Both the position numbers and the translations under genes were made by a program. DNA of 56,785 nt from Opitutaceae bacterium (GTDB taxonomy: Bacteria > Verrucomicrobiota > Verrucomicrobiia > Opitutales > Opitutaceae): positions 1 through 56,785 of the forward strand of contig DASRHD010000047.1 of the NCBI GenBank assembly GCA_035650695.1, given 5' to 3'. The number at the start of each line of letters is the position of its first letter. The first letter of the stretch is position 1. The notes beneath the pieces were generated by a model. It saw only the letters and a list, made by a program, of their open reading frames with translations. It was not told the DNA's origin and made no database searches. Positions 1 to 11,840 of the stretch are shown in pieces.

Positions 1-1
1 C

Positions 2-469
2 CTCGGCTGGCTCCGCGCGCTTCCCGCCTCGGAGGGCCGGAACTATGCGCTCGCCTCGCTCGCCACGGGCTGGACCGCGACCGACCCGGAAACGGCGATG
101 AACTGGGCCACGACATTGTCCGCCGCTGACGGCCGGGCCGATGCCATGCAGCGCGTTTTTAATCGCTGGTCCAATCAAGACGCCGTGGCCGCCGTCCAAT
201 GGCTGACCGAACACACGGCCGATCCCGCGTCTGATCAGCTCATCGCCGAATGGGTTGGCGATTCGCCCGTGCTGCAGGCCAGCCCGTGCCTGGCCGCCAC
301 GTGGGCCGAATCGGTTGCTGATCCCGCATTGCGGCAGGACGTGCTGAATGCCGTCATGCTGCCCTGGGGCCGCCGCGATCCCGCCGCCGCGGAAAACTAC
401 CTTTCCCAGGATTCGCTTTTGCCTGACGACCAGAAAAAGCAATACCTTGCGATGATCCGTTCGCTTTAG
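2..469 (+). CDS. helical-repeat protein, C-terminal part (5' end outside window)
   Basis: Frame is open from nt 2 to TAG at 467-469. It contains repeated ~35-aa units of the type W..DP..A..W (GWTATDPETAMNW, RWSNQDAVAAVQW, PWGRRDPAAAENY). No family recognised. Confidence 0.45.
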   Translation, partial: LGWLRALPASEGRNYALASLATGWTATDPETAMNWATTLSAADGRADAMQRVFNRWSNQDAVAAVQWLTEHTADPASDQLIAEWVGDSPVLQASPCLAATWAESVADPALRQDVLNAVMLPWGRRDPAAAENYLSQDSLLPDDQKKQYLAMIRSL

Positions 470-478
470 GCGAGGGAG

Positions 479-1528
479 ATGCGTTTCCCGGCGAGTTTGA
501 CGTGCCTGGGAATTTTTGTTTTCTCTCAACCGATGTTTGCCGATCCAGCCGGCCATGGTGGAAGCGTGTCCAGCTTCCGGAAAAAAATCTCGTTTTGCCT
601 CCGCCCGTTTCATCCGCGGCTGGCCGCGACGTTTTGTTCGGCGACCGTGGCGACGTCCCTGCTGGCCGCGCCGGCCGGCGCCGGCGTTTCCGGCCATCCT
701 TTTCTCTGCGCGGACTACACCGCCGGCAAAGTCTGCCTCGTTTCGCCGGCCGGCAAAGTGGAATGGGAATATCCCGCGCCGTTATGCAACGATGTCTGGG
801 CGTTGCCCAACGGACACCTGCTCTTCACGACCGGTCATGGAGTGAAAGAAGTGACTCGCGACAAACAGGTGGTGTTCTCGTATGAAAGTTCCGCCGAGAT
901 TTTCGCCTGCCAGCGTCTGGCGAACGGCGACACCTTCATCGGGGAGTGCACGAGCGGCCGCCTGCTCGAAGTGCGGCCGGACGGATCGATCGCCAGGGAA
1001 ATCCGGCTCCTGCCGGAGGGAAAATCTGGCGGGCACAGCTTCATGCGCAATGCGCGCAAGCTGGCTGATGGCCATTACCTCGTGGCGCATTTCGGCCTCG
1101 ATGTCGTCCGCGAGTACGACAATTCCGGCACCCTGGTTTGGGAAATTCCCGCTCCCGGCGGCCCGCATACCGCCATCCGCCTCCCGACCGGTCACACCCT
1201 TATCGCTTGCGGCGACCGCAAGGGCCAGGGCGCGCATGTCTTCGAAGTCGATCACGCGGGCCGCGTCATCTGGGAGGTCAAGGCCGACGAGCTGCCCGGC
1301 GTCAGCCTGAAATTTCTCAGCGGGCTGCAACGGTTGCCCAACGGCAATACGGTTCTGACCAACTGGCTCGGCCATGACCAATTTGGCCGCGCGCCGCACG
1401 TTATCGAGGTGACCCCGGACAAAAAAGTCGTTTGGACTTTTTCCGACTTCGTCGCGTTCAAGACCATTTCCAGCATACAGCTGCTCGACATCGCCGGCGA
1501 CTGCACGCGTGGAGAAATTTTGCACTGA
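479..1528 (+). CDS. secreted beta-propeller-type protein, function unknown
   Basis: 349-aa ORF with a signal-like hydrophobic segment (RLAATFCSATVATSLLAAPAGAG). This is followed by repeated blade-like strands (GKVEWEY, GHLLFTT, GTLVWEI, GHTLIACG, GRVIWEV, GNTVLTNW, KKVVWTF). The true start is uncertain because there are several in-frame starts. Confidence 0.5.
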   Translation: MRFPASLTCLGIFVFSQPMFADPAGHGGSVSSFRKKISFCLRPFHPRLAATFCSATVATSLLAAPAGAGVSGHPFLCADYTAGKVCLVSPAGKVEWEYPAPLCNDVWALPNGHLLFTTGHGVKEVTRDKQVVFSYESSAEIFACQRLANGDTFIGECTSGRLLEVRPDGSIAREIRLLPEGKSGGHSFMRNARKLADGHYLVAHFGLDVVREYDNSGTLVWEIPAPGGPHTAIRLPTGHTLIACGDRKGQGAHVFEVDHAGRVIWEVKADELPGVSLKFLSGLQRLPNGNTVLTNWLGHDQFGRAPHVIEVTPDKKVVWTFSDFVAFKTISSIQLLDIAGDCTRGEILH

Positions 1529-1668
1529 TTGCCGTCCGCCCGGAAAGTGAGCGCCGCGGAGCGGGCACGCGTAACGGACCCGTTACCTAATTTGGAATGA
1601 AACGGCCGACTGATTCAAGTATGTCTGACTGACTGGATTGTCGCTGATTTTGGGGTCCGATTGCAACT

Positions 1669-1700
1669 GCCGGGCCGGTTCGCCGGCCCGGCGTTTTTTT
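1669..1700 (+). terminator. rho-independent terminator
   Basis: Perfect 10-bp GC-rich stem GCCGGGCCGG (1669-1678) / CCGGCCCGGC (1683-1692), loop TTCG, then G plus T7 (1694-1700). It lies about 140 nt after the stop at 1528. Confidence 0.7.
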
Positions 1701-1963
1701 GTGGCCATAGAAAATTGTGAAAAGCTCGTGCGCCTGATGGAGGCCGGTCTGCTTCAGGTTGTCACAATGACCCCTAATCAACGGTCGGGGAAAACCTGAA
1801 GGCGTCATCATGCGGTAGATTTCACCTTGCTGCCTGATTCGCTCAGGGAATGAGTGGGCCACTTCACTTGTACCCCTCATTCCAGCCGCACGAGCGAAAG
1901 CCTCGATCGGGACTCTCGGATAGCTGTGCTTCCTCCGACGGCGCGAACGGGTGAATTAATTTT

Positions 1964-3844
1964 ATGAAAAATTGCATCCTGCGCTCACTCACCGGCTGTA
2001 TTCTTTTTTTATCAACCGCCGCGCTGTTGCGCGCCGATCGCGAGGCCGATCGCCGCGGAGAAATCATTCCGGTCGGCCACACCATGCACCCGCCGGTCCA
2101 TCGTTCGATAATTCCTTTTGCCACGGGCTCGAGCCCGACTGGTTATACTCCGCAGCAGCTCCGGCACGCCTATGGATTCGATCAGCTCAGTGCCACCGGA
2201 GCGGGACAGACGATCGCGATCGTCGACGCTTACGGCAGCCCGACGATCCAGGCTGACCTTGATACCTTTTGCGCGCAATTTGGCATCCCCAGCACCACGG
2301 TTGCGATCTATTACCCACAAGGCACTCCGGGCACGAATAGCGGATGGGCGGGCGAAACTTCGCTCGATGTCGAATGGGCGCATGCCATCGCTCCGGACGC
2401 GACGATTGTCCTGGTCGCTGCCAAGTCGGCATCGACGACCGATCTTTTCGCCGCGGTCGACTACGCCGTGGGCTTGGGCGCAAAACAGATTTCGATGAGT
2501 TGGGGCGGCTCGGAATTTTCCACGGAATCGACCTCCGATTTTCATTTTAATGTTTCGGGCGTTTCATTTTTCGCTTCTTCCGGCGACAGCGGTGCCGGGG
2601 TCTCTTATCCGGCGAGCTCTCCCTTTGTCGTTGGCGTCGGCGGCACGTCGCTGCATCTCGATTCTTCAAACAACGTCACATCGGAGACCGCGTGGTCGGG
2701 CAGCGGAGGCGGCCTCAGCGCCTACGAACTGATCCCGAGCTATCAAACCGGCTGGTTGAGCGGCACGAAGCGCGGCGTTCCGGACGTGGCTTATGATGCC
2801 GATCCCAACACGGGCGTGCCGGTTTATCAGACCGGCCCGGGTTGGGGGCAATATGGCGGCACAAGCATGAGCGCTCCACAGTGGGCCGCGCTTTTCGCCC
2901 TCGCGAACTCGCTGCGCGCGCAATCGATCAGTTCGGCGCCCAGCCTCATTTACTCGTTGGCGAATTCCAATTATGCCGGCTATTTCCGCGACATCACTTC
3001 CGGCAGTAACGGCAATCCTGCGGGCACCCGCTATGATTTGGTGACAGGATTGGGAAGCCCCTTGAGTAATAAGCTTATTCTGGCGCTGGCCGGCCCGTCC
3101 GGCTGGACGGTGAAAGATTTCGACGGTGACAGCGGGGCGGACGTGCTCTGGCGCAATGCGAGTACCGGCGACTTCGGTATCTGGAACATGAGCGGAACGA
3201 CACAGACCGGCTTCACCGCGCTGGGCAACGTGCCGGCACCGTGGAGCATCGCAGCGGTGGGCGACTTCAACCACGACGGCAAGGCCGACATTCTCTGGCG
3301 CAATGCCGCCACTGGCGAGGTTGGCGTTATGCTGATGAACGGAACGTCATTCAGCAGCTACGTCGGTCTCGGCGTGGTCGATTCGTCTTGGAGCATTGTC
3401 GGCCTCGGTGATTTCAACAACGATGGCCAGACGGATATTCTTTGGGAAAACACCCGCGGCGCGCTCGGATTCTGGACCTTGAACGGCACGACGGTCACCG
3501 GCTTCACCTCGATCGGCGCGCTGCCGGTGCCTTGGACGATCGTCGGCGTCGGCGATTTCAACAGTGACGGCAAATCCGACCTGCTGTGGTACGATCCAAC
3601 GAGCGGCAATCTGGTCATCAGCCTGATGAACGGCGCCACGGTCACGAGCTTCGCGCCGGTCATCGATCTGCCGTCGCCCTGGGTCGTGTCCGGTGTGGCG
3701 GATTTCAACGGCAACGGCTCGCCGGACCTGCTGCTGGACAATCCGACCACGGGCGACGTTGGCATCCTGCTCATGAACGGCACGACGCCGGCCAGTTTCA
3801 GCCTCGTCGGCAACGTCCCCGCGCCCTGGCAGCCGCTGGATTGA
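1964..3844 (+). CDS. secreted S53 (sedolisin/kumamolisin-type) serine peptidase fused to C-terminal FG-GAP/VCBS-like repeats
   Basis: Signal peptide MKNCILRSLTGCILFLSTAALLRA. S53-type motifs are present: TPQQLRHAYGF, GQTIAIVDAYG, ETSLDVEWAHAIAP, SSGDSGAG, GGTSMSAPQWAALFAL. The C-terminal third consists of DFxxDGxxDxLW repeats. Confidence 0.8.
   Translation: MKNCILRSLTGCILFLSTAALLRADREADRRGEIIPVGHTMHPPVHRSIIPFATGSSPTGYTPQQLRHAYGFDQLSATGAGQTIAIVDAYGSPTIQADLDTFCAQFGIPSTTVAIYYPQGTPGTNSGWAGETSLDVEWAHAIAPDATIVLVAAKSASTTDLFAAVDYAVGLGAKQISMSWGGSEFSTESTSDFHFNVSGVSFFASSGDSGAGVSYPASSPFVVGVGGTSLHLDSSNNVTSETAWSGSGGGLSAYELIPSYQTGWLSGTKRGVPDVAYDADPNTGVPVYQTGPGWGQYGGTSMSAPQWAALFALANSLRAQSISSAPSLIYSLANSNYAGYFRDITSGSNGNPAGTRYDLVTGLGSPLSNKLILALAGPSGWTVKDFDGDSGADVLWRNASTGDFGIWNMSGTTQTGFTALGNVPAPWSIAAVGDFNHDGKADILWRNAATGEVGVMLMNGTSFSSYVGLGVVDSSWSIVGLGDFNNDGQTDILWENTRGALGFWTLNGTTVTGFTSIGALPVPWTIVGVGDFNSDGKSDLLWYDPTSGNLVISLMNGATVTSFAPVIDLPSPWVVSGVADFNGNGSPDLLLDNPTTGDVGILLMNGTTPASFSLVGNVPAPWQPLD
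3116..3841 (+). repeat. five tandem ~48-aa (about 145-nt) FG-GAP/VCBS-like coding repeats inside the S53 peptidase gene
   Basis: Units start DFDGDSGADVLWRN, DFNHDGKADILWRN, DFNNDGQTDILWEN, DFNSDGKSDLLWYD, DFNGNGSPDLLLDN. Each is followed by G..G....NGT......G..P.PW. Confidence 0.7.
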
Positions 3845-3868
3845 GCTTAGTCACAGCTCCATGTGCTG

Positions 3869-3907
3869 AAAAAAAAGCCCGCCGGCATCGTAATGATACC
3901 GGCGGGC
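3869..3907 (-). terminator. rho-independent terminator of ppdK
   Basis: Stem GCCCGCCGG (3877-3885) / CCGGCGGGC (3899-3907) with a 13-nt loop. On the minus strand it is followed by T8 (A8 at 3869-3876 on plus). It starts 14 nt after the ppdK stop. Confidence 0.75.
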
Positions 3908-3920
3908 AAGGGTAGGTAGG

Positions 3921-6647
3921 TTACTTTTGCTCTTCCAACGCGGCTTGGGCCGCGGCGAGACGGGCGACCGGCACACGGAAGGGCGAGCAGCTGACATAGG
4001 TGAGTCCGAGCTTGTGACAGAACTTCACCGAGGCGGGATCACCGCCGTGTTCGCCGCAGATGCCGAGCTTGATTTTCTCGCGCGTCTTCCGGCCTTTTTC
4101 GACCGCGATCTGCATGAGCTGGCCGACGCCGCTCTGATCGATCGAAGCGAAGGGATTCTTCGTCACGATTTCCAGTTCAGCATAGGGCGGGAGGAAGGAG
4201 CCGGAGTCGTCGCGGCTCATGCCGAGGCAGGTCTGGGTCAGGTCGTTGGTGCCGAAGCTGAAGAACTCTGCGCTCTGCGCGATTTCGTCAGCGGTGAGCG
4301 CGCCACGCGGCACCTCGATCATGGTGCCGACAAGGTAATCGAGCACGACGGATTTCTCCGCCATGACCTCCTTGGCTACGCGGTGGACGACCTCGAGCTG
4401 GAGATCGAGCTCCTTCTTGAAGCCGACGAGCGGAATCATGACCTCCGGCTTCACCTTGATGCCGGCCTTCTGGACCTCGGCGGCGGCTTCGAAGATGGCG
4501 CGGGACTGCATTTCGGAAATTTCTGAATAAACGATGCCGAGGCGGCAGCCGCGGAAGCCGAGCATGGGATTGAATTCATGGAGCTCCTTGACGCGCTGTT
4601 TGATCTTGGCCACCGGCACGCCCATCTTGGTCGCCAGGTCCTGCTGGGCGGCGTCCTCGTGCGGGAGGAATTCGTGCAGCGGGGGATCGAGGAAGCGGAT
4701 GGTCGCGGGCAGGCCTTTCAGCTCCTTGAAGATGCCGACAAAATCCTTCTTCTGGTAGGGGAGGAGCTTGGCCAGGGCTTTCTTCCGGTCATCGAGGTTG
4801 TCGGCGAGGATCATTTCGCGCATCGCGTCGATGCGGTTGCCTTCGAAGAACATGTGCTCTGTGCGGGTCAGGCCGATGCCGGTGGCGCCAAAGGCGACGG
4901 CGTTGGCCGTCTGCTCCGGCGTGTCGGCGTTGGTCCGGACCTGGAGCTTGGTGGCTTTCGCGCACCAATCCATCAGCTTGTTGAACATCTGGCAGGTCGG
5001 GCTGTCCTTGGCGTCGAGCGATTTTTCGACCAGCACCTGGACGATTTCCGAAGCGGCGGTGGGAAGTTCGCCGGGATAAACCTCGCCGGCGGTGCCGTTG
5101 ATGGAGATGTAGTCGCCCTCCTTGTAGACCGTGCCGTCCACCGTCATGGTCTTGGCGGCATAGTCGATTTGCAACGCGGCGGCGCCGCAGACGCAGACCT
5201 TGCCCATCTGGCGGGCGACAAGCGCGGCATGCGAGCTGACGCCGCCCTTGGCGGTGAGGATGCCCTCGGCGGCGATCATGCCGCGCAGATCTTCGGGTGA
5301 GGTTTCATTGCGGACGAGCAGGACTTTTTCGCCCTTCTCGGCGGCGGTCACGGCGCGCTCGGCGTTGAGATACATCCGGCCGGAGGCGGCGCCGGGTCCG
5401 GCGGGCAGGCCCCTGGCGATGCACTTCGCGGCCTTGACGGCCTTGCGGTCGAAGACGGGCGCAAGCACCTGGTCGAGCTGGTCGGCCGGAACGCGACGGA
5501 CCGCGGTCTTCCAGTCGATCAGTTTTTCCTTCTCCATCTCGATGGCGAAGCGGACGGCGGCGAGGCCGGTGCGCTTGCCATTGCGGGTCTGGAGCATGAA
5601 GACCTTGCCGTCCTGGATGGTGAATTCGAAATCCTGCACGTCCTTGAAGTGCGACTCGAGCGTCTTGCGGATGATTTCGAGTTCATCGAAGGCGGCGGGC
5701 AGGTGGTTCTTGAGCTGCGCCACGGGCTCGGGGGTGCGCACGCCGGCGACGACGTCCTCGCCCTGGGCGTTGATGAGAAATTCACCGTAGAAAACTTTTT
5801 CGCCGGTAGCCGGGTCGCGGGTGAAGGCGACGCCGGAGCCGGACTTGTCGCCGGTGTTGCCATAAACCATGGCCTGGACGTTGACGGCGGTGCCCCATTC
5901 GGTGGGAATGTTGTATTTGCGGCGGTAGACGATGGCGCGGTCGTTCATCCACGAGCCAAAGACGGCGCCGACGGCGCCCCATAATTGCTTCCACGGATCC
6001 TGCGGAAATTCGCTGTTCGTGCGTTGCTTGATCAGTTTCTTGAAACGGGTGACGAGCTCCTTGAGGTCGGCCACGGTAAGCTTCGGATCCTCGACGTCGG
6101 CATGGTAGCGCTCGTGCTTGAGGTCGTGAATGACGGTTTCAAACGGCTCGTGGTCCTCGCCGGCGCTTTTCTGCACGCCCATGACGACGTCGCCGTACAT
6201 CTGGATGAAGCGGCGGTAGCAATCCCAGGCGAAGCGCTCGTTTTTGGTCGCGTTGACCAGGGCGAGGACGGTTTCGTCGTTGAGGCCGAGGTTGAGGATC
6301 GTGTCCATCATGCCCGGCATGGAATCGCGGGCGCCGGAGCGGACGGAGACGAGCAGGGGCATGGCGCTTTTGTCGCCGAACTTCGTGCCCATGATGGCCT
6401 CGATGTGGGCCATGCCGGCCTCGACGGTGGGGGCCAGGTTCTTGGGATAGGAACGCTTGTGGGCGTAATAATAGGTGCAGACCTCGGTGGTGATGGTGAA
6501 GCCCGGGGGCACCGGCAGGCCGATGCGCGACATCTCGGCGAGATTTGCGCCCTTGCCGCCCAAGAGCGGTTTCATGGAGCCGTTGCCATCGGCTTTTTTG
6601 TTACCAAAGAGGTAAACGTATTTGGGAGATTTTGTTTTTGTGGTCAT
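3921..6647 (-). CDS. ppdK: pyruvate, phosphate dikinase
   Basis: Full-length match to the PPDK architecture. Landmarks: N-terminal [24 protein letters not shown], catalytic His loop [19 protein letters not shown]-terminal PEP/pyruvate domain GTNDLTQ and [10 protein letters not shown]. Start set at the ATG (6645-6647) giving [12 protein letters not shown]; the ORF-track start at 6788 is an upstream extension. Confidence 0.95.
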   Translation of the reverse strand: MTTKTKSPKYVYLFGNKKADGNGSMKPLLGGKGANLAEMSRIGLPVPPGFTITTEVCTYYYAHKRSYPKNLAPTVEAGMAHIEAIMGTKFGDKSAMPLLVSVRSGARDSMPGMMDTILNLGLNDETVLALVNATKNERFAWDCYRRFIQMYGDVVMGVQKSAGEDHEPFETVIHDLKHERYHADVEDPKLTVADLKELVTRFKKLIKQRTNSEFPQDPWKQLWGAVGAVFGSWMNDRAIVYRRKYNIPTEWGTAVNVQAMVYGNTGDKSGSGVAFTRDPATGEKVFYGEFLINAQGEDVVAGVRTPEPVAQLKNHLPAAFDELEIIRKTLESHFKDVQDFEFTIQDGKVFMLQTRNGKRTGLAAVRFAIEMEKEKLIDWKTAVRRVPADQLDQVLAPVFDRKAVKAAKCIARGLPAGPGAASGRMYLNAERAVTAAEKGEKVLLVRNETSPEDLRGMIAAEGILTAKGGVSSHAALVARQMGKVCVCGAAALQIDYAAKTMTVDGTVYKEGDYISINGTAGEVYPGELPTAASEIVQVLVEKSLDAKDSPTCQMFNKLMDWCAKATKLQVRTNADTPEQTANAVAFGATGIGLTRTEHMFFEGNRIDAMREMILADNLDDRKKALAKLLPYQKKDFVGIFKELKGLPATIRFLDPPLHEFLPHEDAAQQDLATKMGVPVAKIKQRVKELHEFNPMLGFRGCRLGIVYSEISEMQSRAIFEAAAEVQKAGIKVKPEVMIPLVGFKKELDLQLEVVHRVAKEVMAEKSVVLDYLVGTMIEVPRGALTADEIAQSAEFFSFGTNDLTQTCLGMSRDDSGSFLPPYAELEIVTKNPFASIDQSGVGQLMQIAVEKGRKTREKIKLGICGEHGGDPASVKFCHKLGLTYVSCSPFRVPVARLAAAQAALEEQK

Positions 6648-6862
6648 AACCGATCTTCGTTGCGGAAATTGTTTTCCATCCCTGTAAATAGGACAGGCGG
6701 TCAACTTTATCCCAACCGGAGTGGCGGCACTTCTCCAATCTTGGCATTTGCTCGGCCTTTCTTGACGGGCTCTTCGCGGTGATCGCATTCACCCAAAAAA
6801 TGGCCACCCAATCCCAATTAATGCGGAGAGCCTTTTGGCGGTTGGGCTTATGCTGAGGCATC
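6648..6862. promoter_or_regulatory. divergent promoter/regulatory region between ppdK and hoxE
   Basis: 215-nt non-coding gap between two divergently oriented genes, so it must contain both promoters. I could not assign confident -35/-10 hexamers. Confidence 0.4.
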
Positions 6863-7402
6863 GTGAAAGCAGATGCCGTAATGCCGGAAACAAAGCGACT
6901 GTCCTCCGCCCGCGTGCTGGAGCACGCCAGCGGCGACAAGCGTTTCAAGATTCTCGATGCGCACATCAAGCGACACCAGCACCGCCAGGACGCCTTGATC
7001 GAGGTGCTGCACAAGGGCCAGGAATTGTTCGGATTCCTTGACGACGACCTGCTGCTCTACATCGCCAACCGGCTGATGCTTCCGCCCAGCCGCGTCTACG
7101 GCGTGGCCACCTTCTACCATTTCTTCACCCTCAAGCCGCAGGGCGCGCACACCTGTGTCGTCTGCCTCGGCACCGCCTGCTACGTCAAGGGGGCGGCCAA
7201 GGTCCTGGCCGCGGTCGAGGCGGCGGCGAAGGTCAAGGCCGGCGAGACCACGCCGGACAAGCAACTCTCTTTGCTCACCGCGCGCTGCATCGGCGCCTGC
7301 GGCATCGCTCCCGCCGTCGTCTATGACGGCGCGGTCACGCCGCACCAGACGCCCGAGAGCGCGCTCGCCCAATTGAAAGGATGGCTGCCCCATGGTCATT
7401 GA
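6863..7402 (+). CDS. hoxE: bidirectional [NiFe] hydrogenase diaphorase subunit HoxE (NuoE-like, 2Fe-2S)
   Basis: NuoE/HoxE motifs [35 protein letters not shown]. Start is either GTG 6863 or ATG 6881. The gene overlaps hoxF by 11 nt. Confidence 0.85.
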   Translation: MKADAVMPETKRLSSARVLEHASGDKRFKILDAHIKRHQHRQDALIEVLHKGQELFGFLDDDLLLYIANRLMLPPSRVYGVATFYHFFTLKPQGAHTCVVCLGTACYVKGAAKVLAAVEAAAKVKAGETTPDKQLSLLTARCIGACGIAPAVVYDGAVTPHQTPESALAQLKGWLPHGH

Positions 7403-9050
7403 TGATCTCATCGCAATCGCGGAAAAGGAGCGGGCCTCCCGCAAGAAAACGGTCATCCGCTGCTGCATGGCCGCGGGCTGCATGTCCTCCAATTCCGAGG
7501 CGGTCAAAAAGAACCTCGACCAGGCGGTGAAGGAGGCCGGCTTGAGCGACCAGGTGGAGGTGCGCGGAGTCGGCTGCATGCGGCTGTGTTGCGAAGGACC
7601 GCTGGTCGGAGTCGATCCCGGTACCAAGCTTTATGAAAAGGTCACGCCGGACGACGCCAAGGCGATCATCGCGGCGCTGAAGGGCGGCAAGACCAGCATC
7701 AAGCAAGGCGACCTGAACCAGCCGTTTTTCCGCAAGCAACTGTCCATCGTCCTGGCCAACAGCGGCGAGATCGATCCCGAGCGCATCGAGGCCTACATTG
7801 CCGTCGACGGCTACCAGGCGCTGCATCACGTCCTGCGCGAGATGACGCCGAAGGAAGTCGTGGAGGAAATGGTCAAGAGCGGGCTGCGCGGCCGCGGCGG
7901 CGCCGGCTTTCCCACCGGGATCAAGTGGGGCACGGTGGCAAAGACCCCAGGCCAGCAGAAATACGTCGTTTGCAACGCCGACGAAGGCGACCCCGGCGCG
8001 TTCATGGACCGCAGCGTGCTGGAAAGCGATCCGCACGCTGTGCTCGAAGGCATGGCAATCGCGGCCTACGCCGTGGGGGCGAACCAGGGCTTCATTTACT
8101 GCCGGGCGGAATATCCGCTCGCGATCAAGCGGCTGCAGACCGCCATCAAGCAGGCGAAACAACTCGGCCTCCTCGGCAGCGGAATTTTCGAATCGCCGTT
8201 CAATTTCAACATCGATATCCGCATCGGCGCGGGCGCCTTCGTCTGCGGCGAGGAAACCGCGCTGATGATGTCGGTCGAAGGCAAGCGCGGCACGCCGCGC
8301 CCGCGCCCGCCATTCCCGGCCGAGAGCGGCCTGTGGGGCTGTCCGACCCTGATCAACAATGTGGAAACCTTCGCCAACGTCCCGCCGATTTACCGCCGCG
8401 GCGCGGCCTGGTTTGCCAGCATCGGCACGGAAAAAAGCAAGGGCTCTAAGGTCTTCGCCCTCGCCGGCAAAATTTCCAACACCGGTCTGATCGAGGTTCC
8501 CATGGGCACGCCCCTCCGCCAGATCGTGGAGGAGATGGGCGGCGGCGCACCCGACGGCGGCAAGATCAAGGCCGTGCAGACCGGCGGCCCCTCCGGCGGC
8601 TGCATTCCCGCCGAGGCGCTCGACACGCCGGTCGATTACGAATCGCTGACCAAGCTCGGATCCATCATGGGCTCGGGCGGCATGATCGTGATGGACGAAA
8701 CCACCCGCATGCCCGACGTGGCGCGGTTCTTCATGGAGTTCTGCATGGACGAGTCCTGCGGCAAATGCATTCCCTGCCGCGCCGGCACCGCCCAGATGCA
8801 CCATCTCCTGGAGAAAATTCTCGACCGGAAAGCCACCGCGCGCGACCTCCAGACCCTGGAGGAACTCTGCGACATGGTGCGCAACACCAGCCTCTGCGGC
8901 CTCGGCCAGAACGCGCCGAATCCGGTCGTCAGCACGCTGCGGTTCTTCCGCCAGGAATACCTGGAGTTGCTGCAGCCGGATCAATACGGCCCGCGCAACG
9001 GGACCACCGCGCCGGCCACGGCCGCGAAAACCAAAACGGAGGCGAAATAA
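7392..9050 (+). CDS. hoxF: hydrogenase diaphorase subunit HoxF (NuoF-like, FMN/NAD(P)H binding)
   Basis: N-terminal thioredoxin-like 2Fe-2S domain, then NuoF motifs [25 protein letters not shown] and the 4Fe-4S motif [12 protein letters not shown]. Confidence 0.92.
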   Translation: MVIDDLIAIAEKERASRKKTVIRCCMAAGCMSSNSEAVKKNLDQAVKEAGLSDQVEVRGVGCMRLCCEGPLVGVDPGTKLYEKVTPDDAKAIIAALKGGKTSIKQGDLNQPFFRKQLSIVLANSGEIDPERIEAYIAVDGYQALHHVLREMTPKEVVEEMVKSGLRGRGGAGFPTGIKWGTVAKTPGQQKYVVCNADEGDPGAFMDRSVLESDPHAVLEGMAIAAYAVGANQGFIYCRAEYPLAIKRLQTAIKQAKQLGLLGSGIFESPFNFNIDIRIGAGAFVCGEETALMMSVEGKRGTPRPRPPFPAESGLWGCPTLINNVETFANVPPIYRRGAAWFASIGTEKSKGSKVFALAGKISNTGLIEVPMGTPLRQIVEEMGGGAPDGGKIKAVQTGGPSGGCIPAEALDTPVDYESLTKLGSIMGSGGMIVMDETTRMPDVARFFMEFCMDESCGKCIPCRAGTAQMHHLLEKILDRKATARDLQTLEELCDMVRNTSLCGLGQNAPNPVVSTLRFFRQEYLELLQPDQYGPRNGTTAPATAAKTKTEAK

Positions 9051-9056
9051 TTTCCC

Positions 9057-9773
9057 ATGGCCGCCAAAACCTTAATCATCGATGGGAAGCAGGTCAGTGC
9101 CGACGAAGGCGCGACGATCCTCGAGGTCGCCGCCGACGCCGGCATCAAACTGCCGACGCTCTGCCATCTCGAAGGCGTTTATGACGTCGGCGCCTGCCGT
9201 CTCTGCCTGGTCGAGCTCGCCGGCACGCCCAAACTCCTGCCCGCCTGCACGACCAAGATCAGCGAGGGCATGGAGGTCAGGACCGACAGCGAGCGGCTGC
9301 GCAAGTACCGCCGCATGACCCTCGAGCTGCTTTTCGCCGAGCGCAACCACGTCTGCGCCGCCTGCGTCGCCAACGGCTACTGCGAGCTGCAAACGCTCGC
9401 CTACAACCAGGGCATGGAGCACGTGCGCTACGACTATTGCTACCCGAAATGGCAGATGGATGCGACCCACCGGCTTTTCGGCATGGACCACAATCGGTGC
9501 ATTCTCTGCACCCGCTGCGTCCGTGTCTGCTGGCACATCGAAGGCGCCGGAACCAAGAACGTCGCCGGCCGCGGAGCGAAGTCCACCATCATCAACGACC
9601 TCAACCAGCCATGGGGCGACGCCGAGACCTGCACCTCTTGCGGCAAATGCGTGCAGTCCTGCCCCACGGGCGCGCTGTTCCACAAGGGCTCGACGGTGTG
9701 CGAAATGGAGCGCGACCGCACCAAACTCGAATTCATCGTCAACGCCCGGGAGAAAAAACAATGGATCGTCTGA
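9057..9773 (+). CDS. hoxU: hydrogenase diaphorase subunit HoxU (NuoG N-terminal-like Fe-S protein)
   Basis: 2Fe-2S motif CRLCLVE..C, then [11 protein letters not shown] and [12 protein letters not shown] cluster motifs. 238 aa. Confidence 0.9.
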   Translation: MAAKTLIIDGKQVSADEGATILEVAADAGIKLPTLCHLEGVYDVGACRLCLVELAGTPKLLPACTTKISEGMEVRTDSERLRKYRRMTLELLFAERNHVCAACVANGYCELQTLAYNQGMEHVRYDYCYPKWQMDATHRLFGMDHNRCILCTRCVRVCWHIEGAGTKNVAGRGAKSTIINDLNQPWGDAETCTSCGKCVQSCPTGALFHKGSTVCEMERDRTKLEFIVNAREKKQWIV

Positions 9774-10309
9774 AAATAGCCACGGTTTGGTTTGGCGGCT
9801 GCTCCGGCTGCCACATGTCATTTCTCGACCTCGACGAGTTCCTCATCGAACTGGCGGGGAAGATCGACCTCGTCTACAGCCCGGTGATCGATGTGAAGGA
9901 ATATCCGGACAAGGTGGACGTGTGCCTCATCGAGGGCGCGATCTGCAACGAGGACAACCTTGAGCTGCTGCACAAGATCCGCCGCCGGACCAAGGTCCTC
10001 GTTTCCTTCGGTGATTGCGCCGTGACGGGCAACGTGCCCGCCATCCGCAACCAGCTCGGCGCAAACAACGTCGAAAACGTCCTGCAGTGCGCCTACATCG
10101 AGCACGCCCAGAACAATCCACGCCCGCCGAAGGAGGATGGCATCGTGCCGGCCTTGCTGGACCGGGTGCGGCCGGTGCACGAAATCGTCCACGTTGAATA
10201 TTTTCTGCCCGGCTGCCCCCCGCCGGCCGCCCACATCAAGGCGCTGCTCGTGCAGGTGCTTGAAGGGACCGCACCCAAACTGGAAGGAGCTCAACTCAAG
10301 TTCGGTTAA
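9761..10309 (+). CDS. hoxY: [NiFe] hydrogenase small subunit HoxY
   Basis: [42 protein letters not shown]. Start set at ATG 9761, in frame within track ORF 9437-10309. Overlaps hoxU by 13 nt. Confidence 0.9.
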   Translation: MDRLKIATVWFGGCSGCHMSFLDLDEFLIELAGKIDLVYSPVIDVKEYPDKVDVCLIEGAICNEDNLELLHKIRRRTKVLVSFGDCAVTGNVPAIRNQLGANNVENVLQCAYIEHAQNNPRPPKEDGIVPALLDRVRPVHEIVHVEYFLPGCPPPAAHIKALLVQVLEGTAPKLEGAQLKFG

Positions 10310-10326
10310 ACCGAAAGGAGCGAACC

Positions 10327-11751
<1,425 letters not shown>

Positions 11752-11773
11752 TTCTCTTAGGCTGTGGCAAAAG

Positions 11774-11807
11774 AGCGGGGGAACGGAACTTGGGCCGTTT
11801 CCCCGCT
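11774..11807 (+). terminator. stem-loop after hoxH (possible weak terminator/attenuator)
   Basis: 13-bp stem AGCGGGGGAACGG / CCGTTTCCCCGCT with one G-T pair and an 8-nt loop, followed by CATCTTT. The T tract is poor. Confidence 0.35.
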
Positions 11808-11840
11808 CATCTTTAAACAAGCCCATACGGAGAACTCATC

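Noticed and set aside
6741-6752. TTGGCATTTGCT in the ppdK/hoxE intergenic region as a sigma-54 promoter
   Set aside because: The GG and GC dinucleotides are only 7 nt apart instead of the required 12 nt register, so it does not fit the -24/-12 geometry.
6648-6788. Upstream extension of the ppdK ORF (track start at 6788)
   Set aside because: The extension ([18 protein letters not shown]...) is not PPDK-like. The conserved N-terminus starts at [15 protein letters not shown] (ATG 6647).
7335-8984. 549-aa ORF on the minus strand
   Set aside because: Antisense shadow of hoxF. Low-complexity Ala/Gly/Arg composition with no recognisable domain.
9437-9760. Upstream extension of the hoxY ORF
   Set aside because: It overlaps the hoxU coding region in another frame. 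The HoxY homology begins at [17 protein letters not shown] (ATG 9761).
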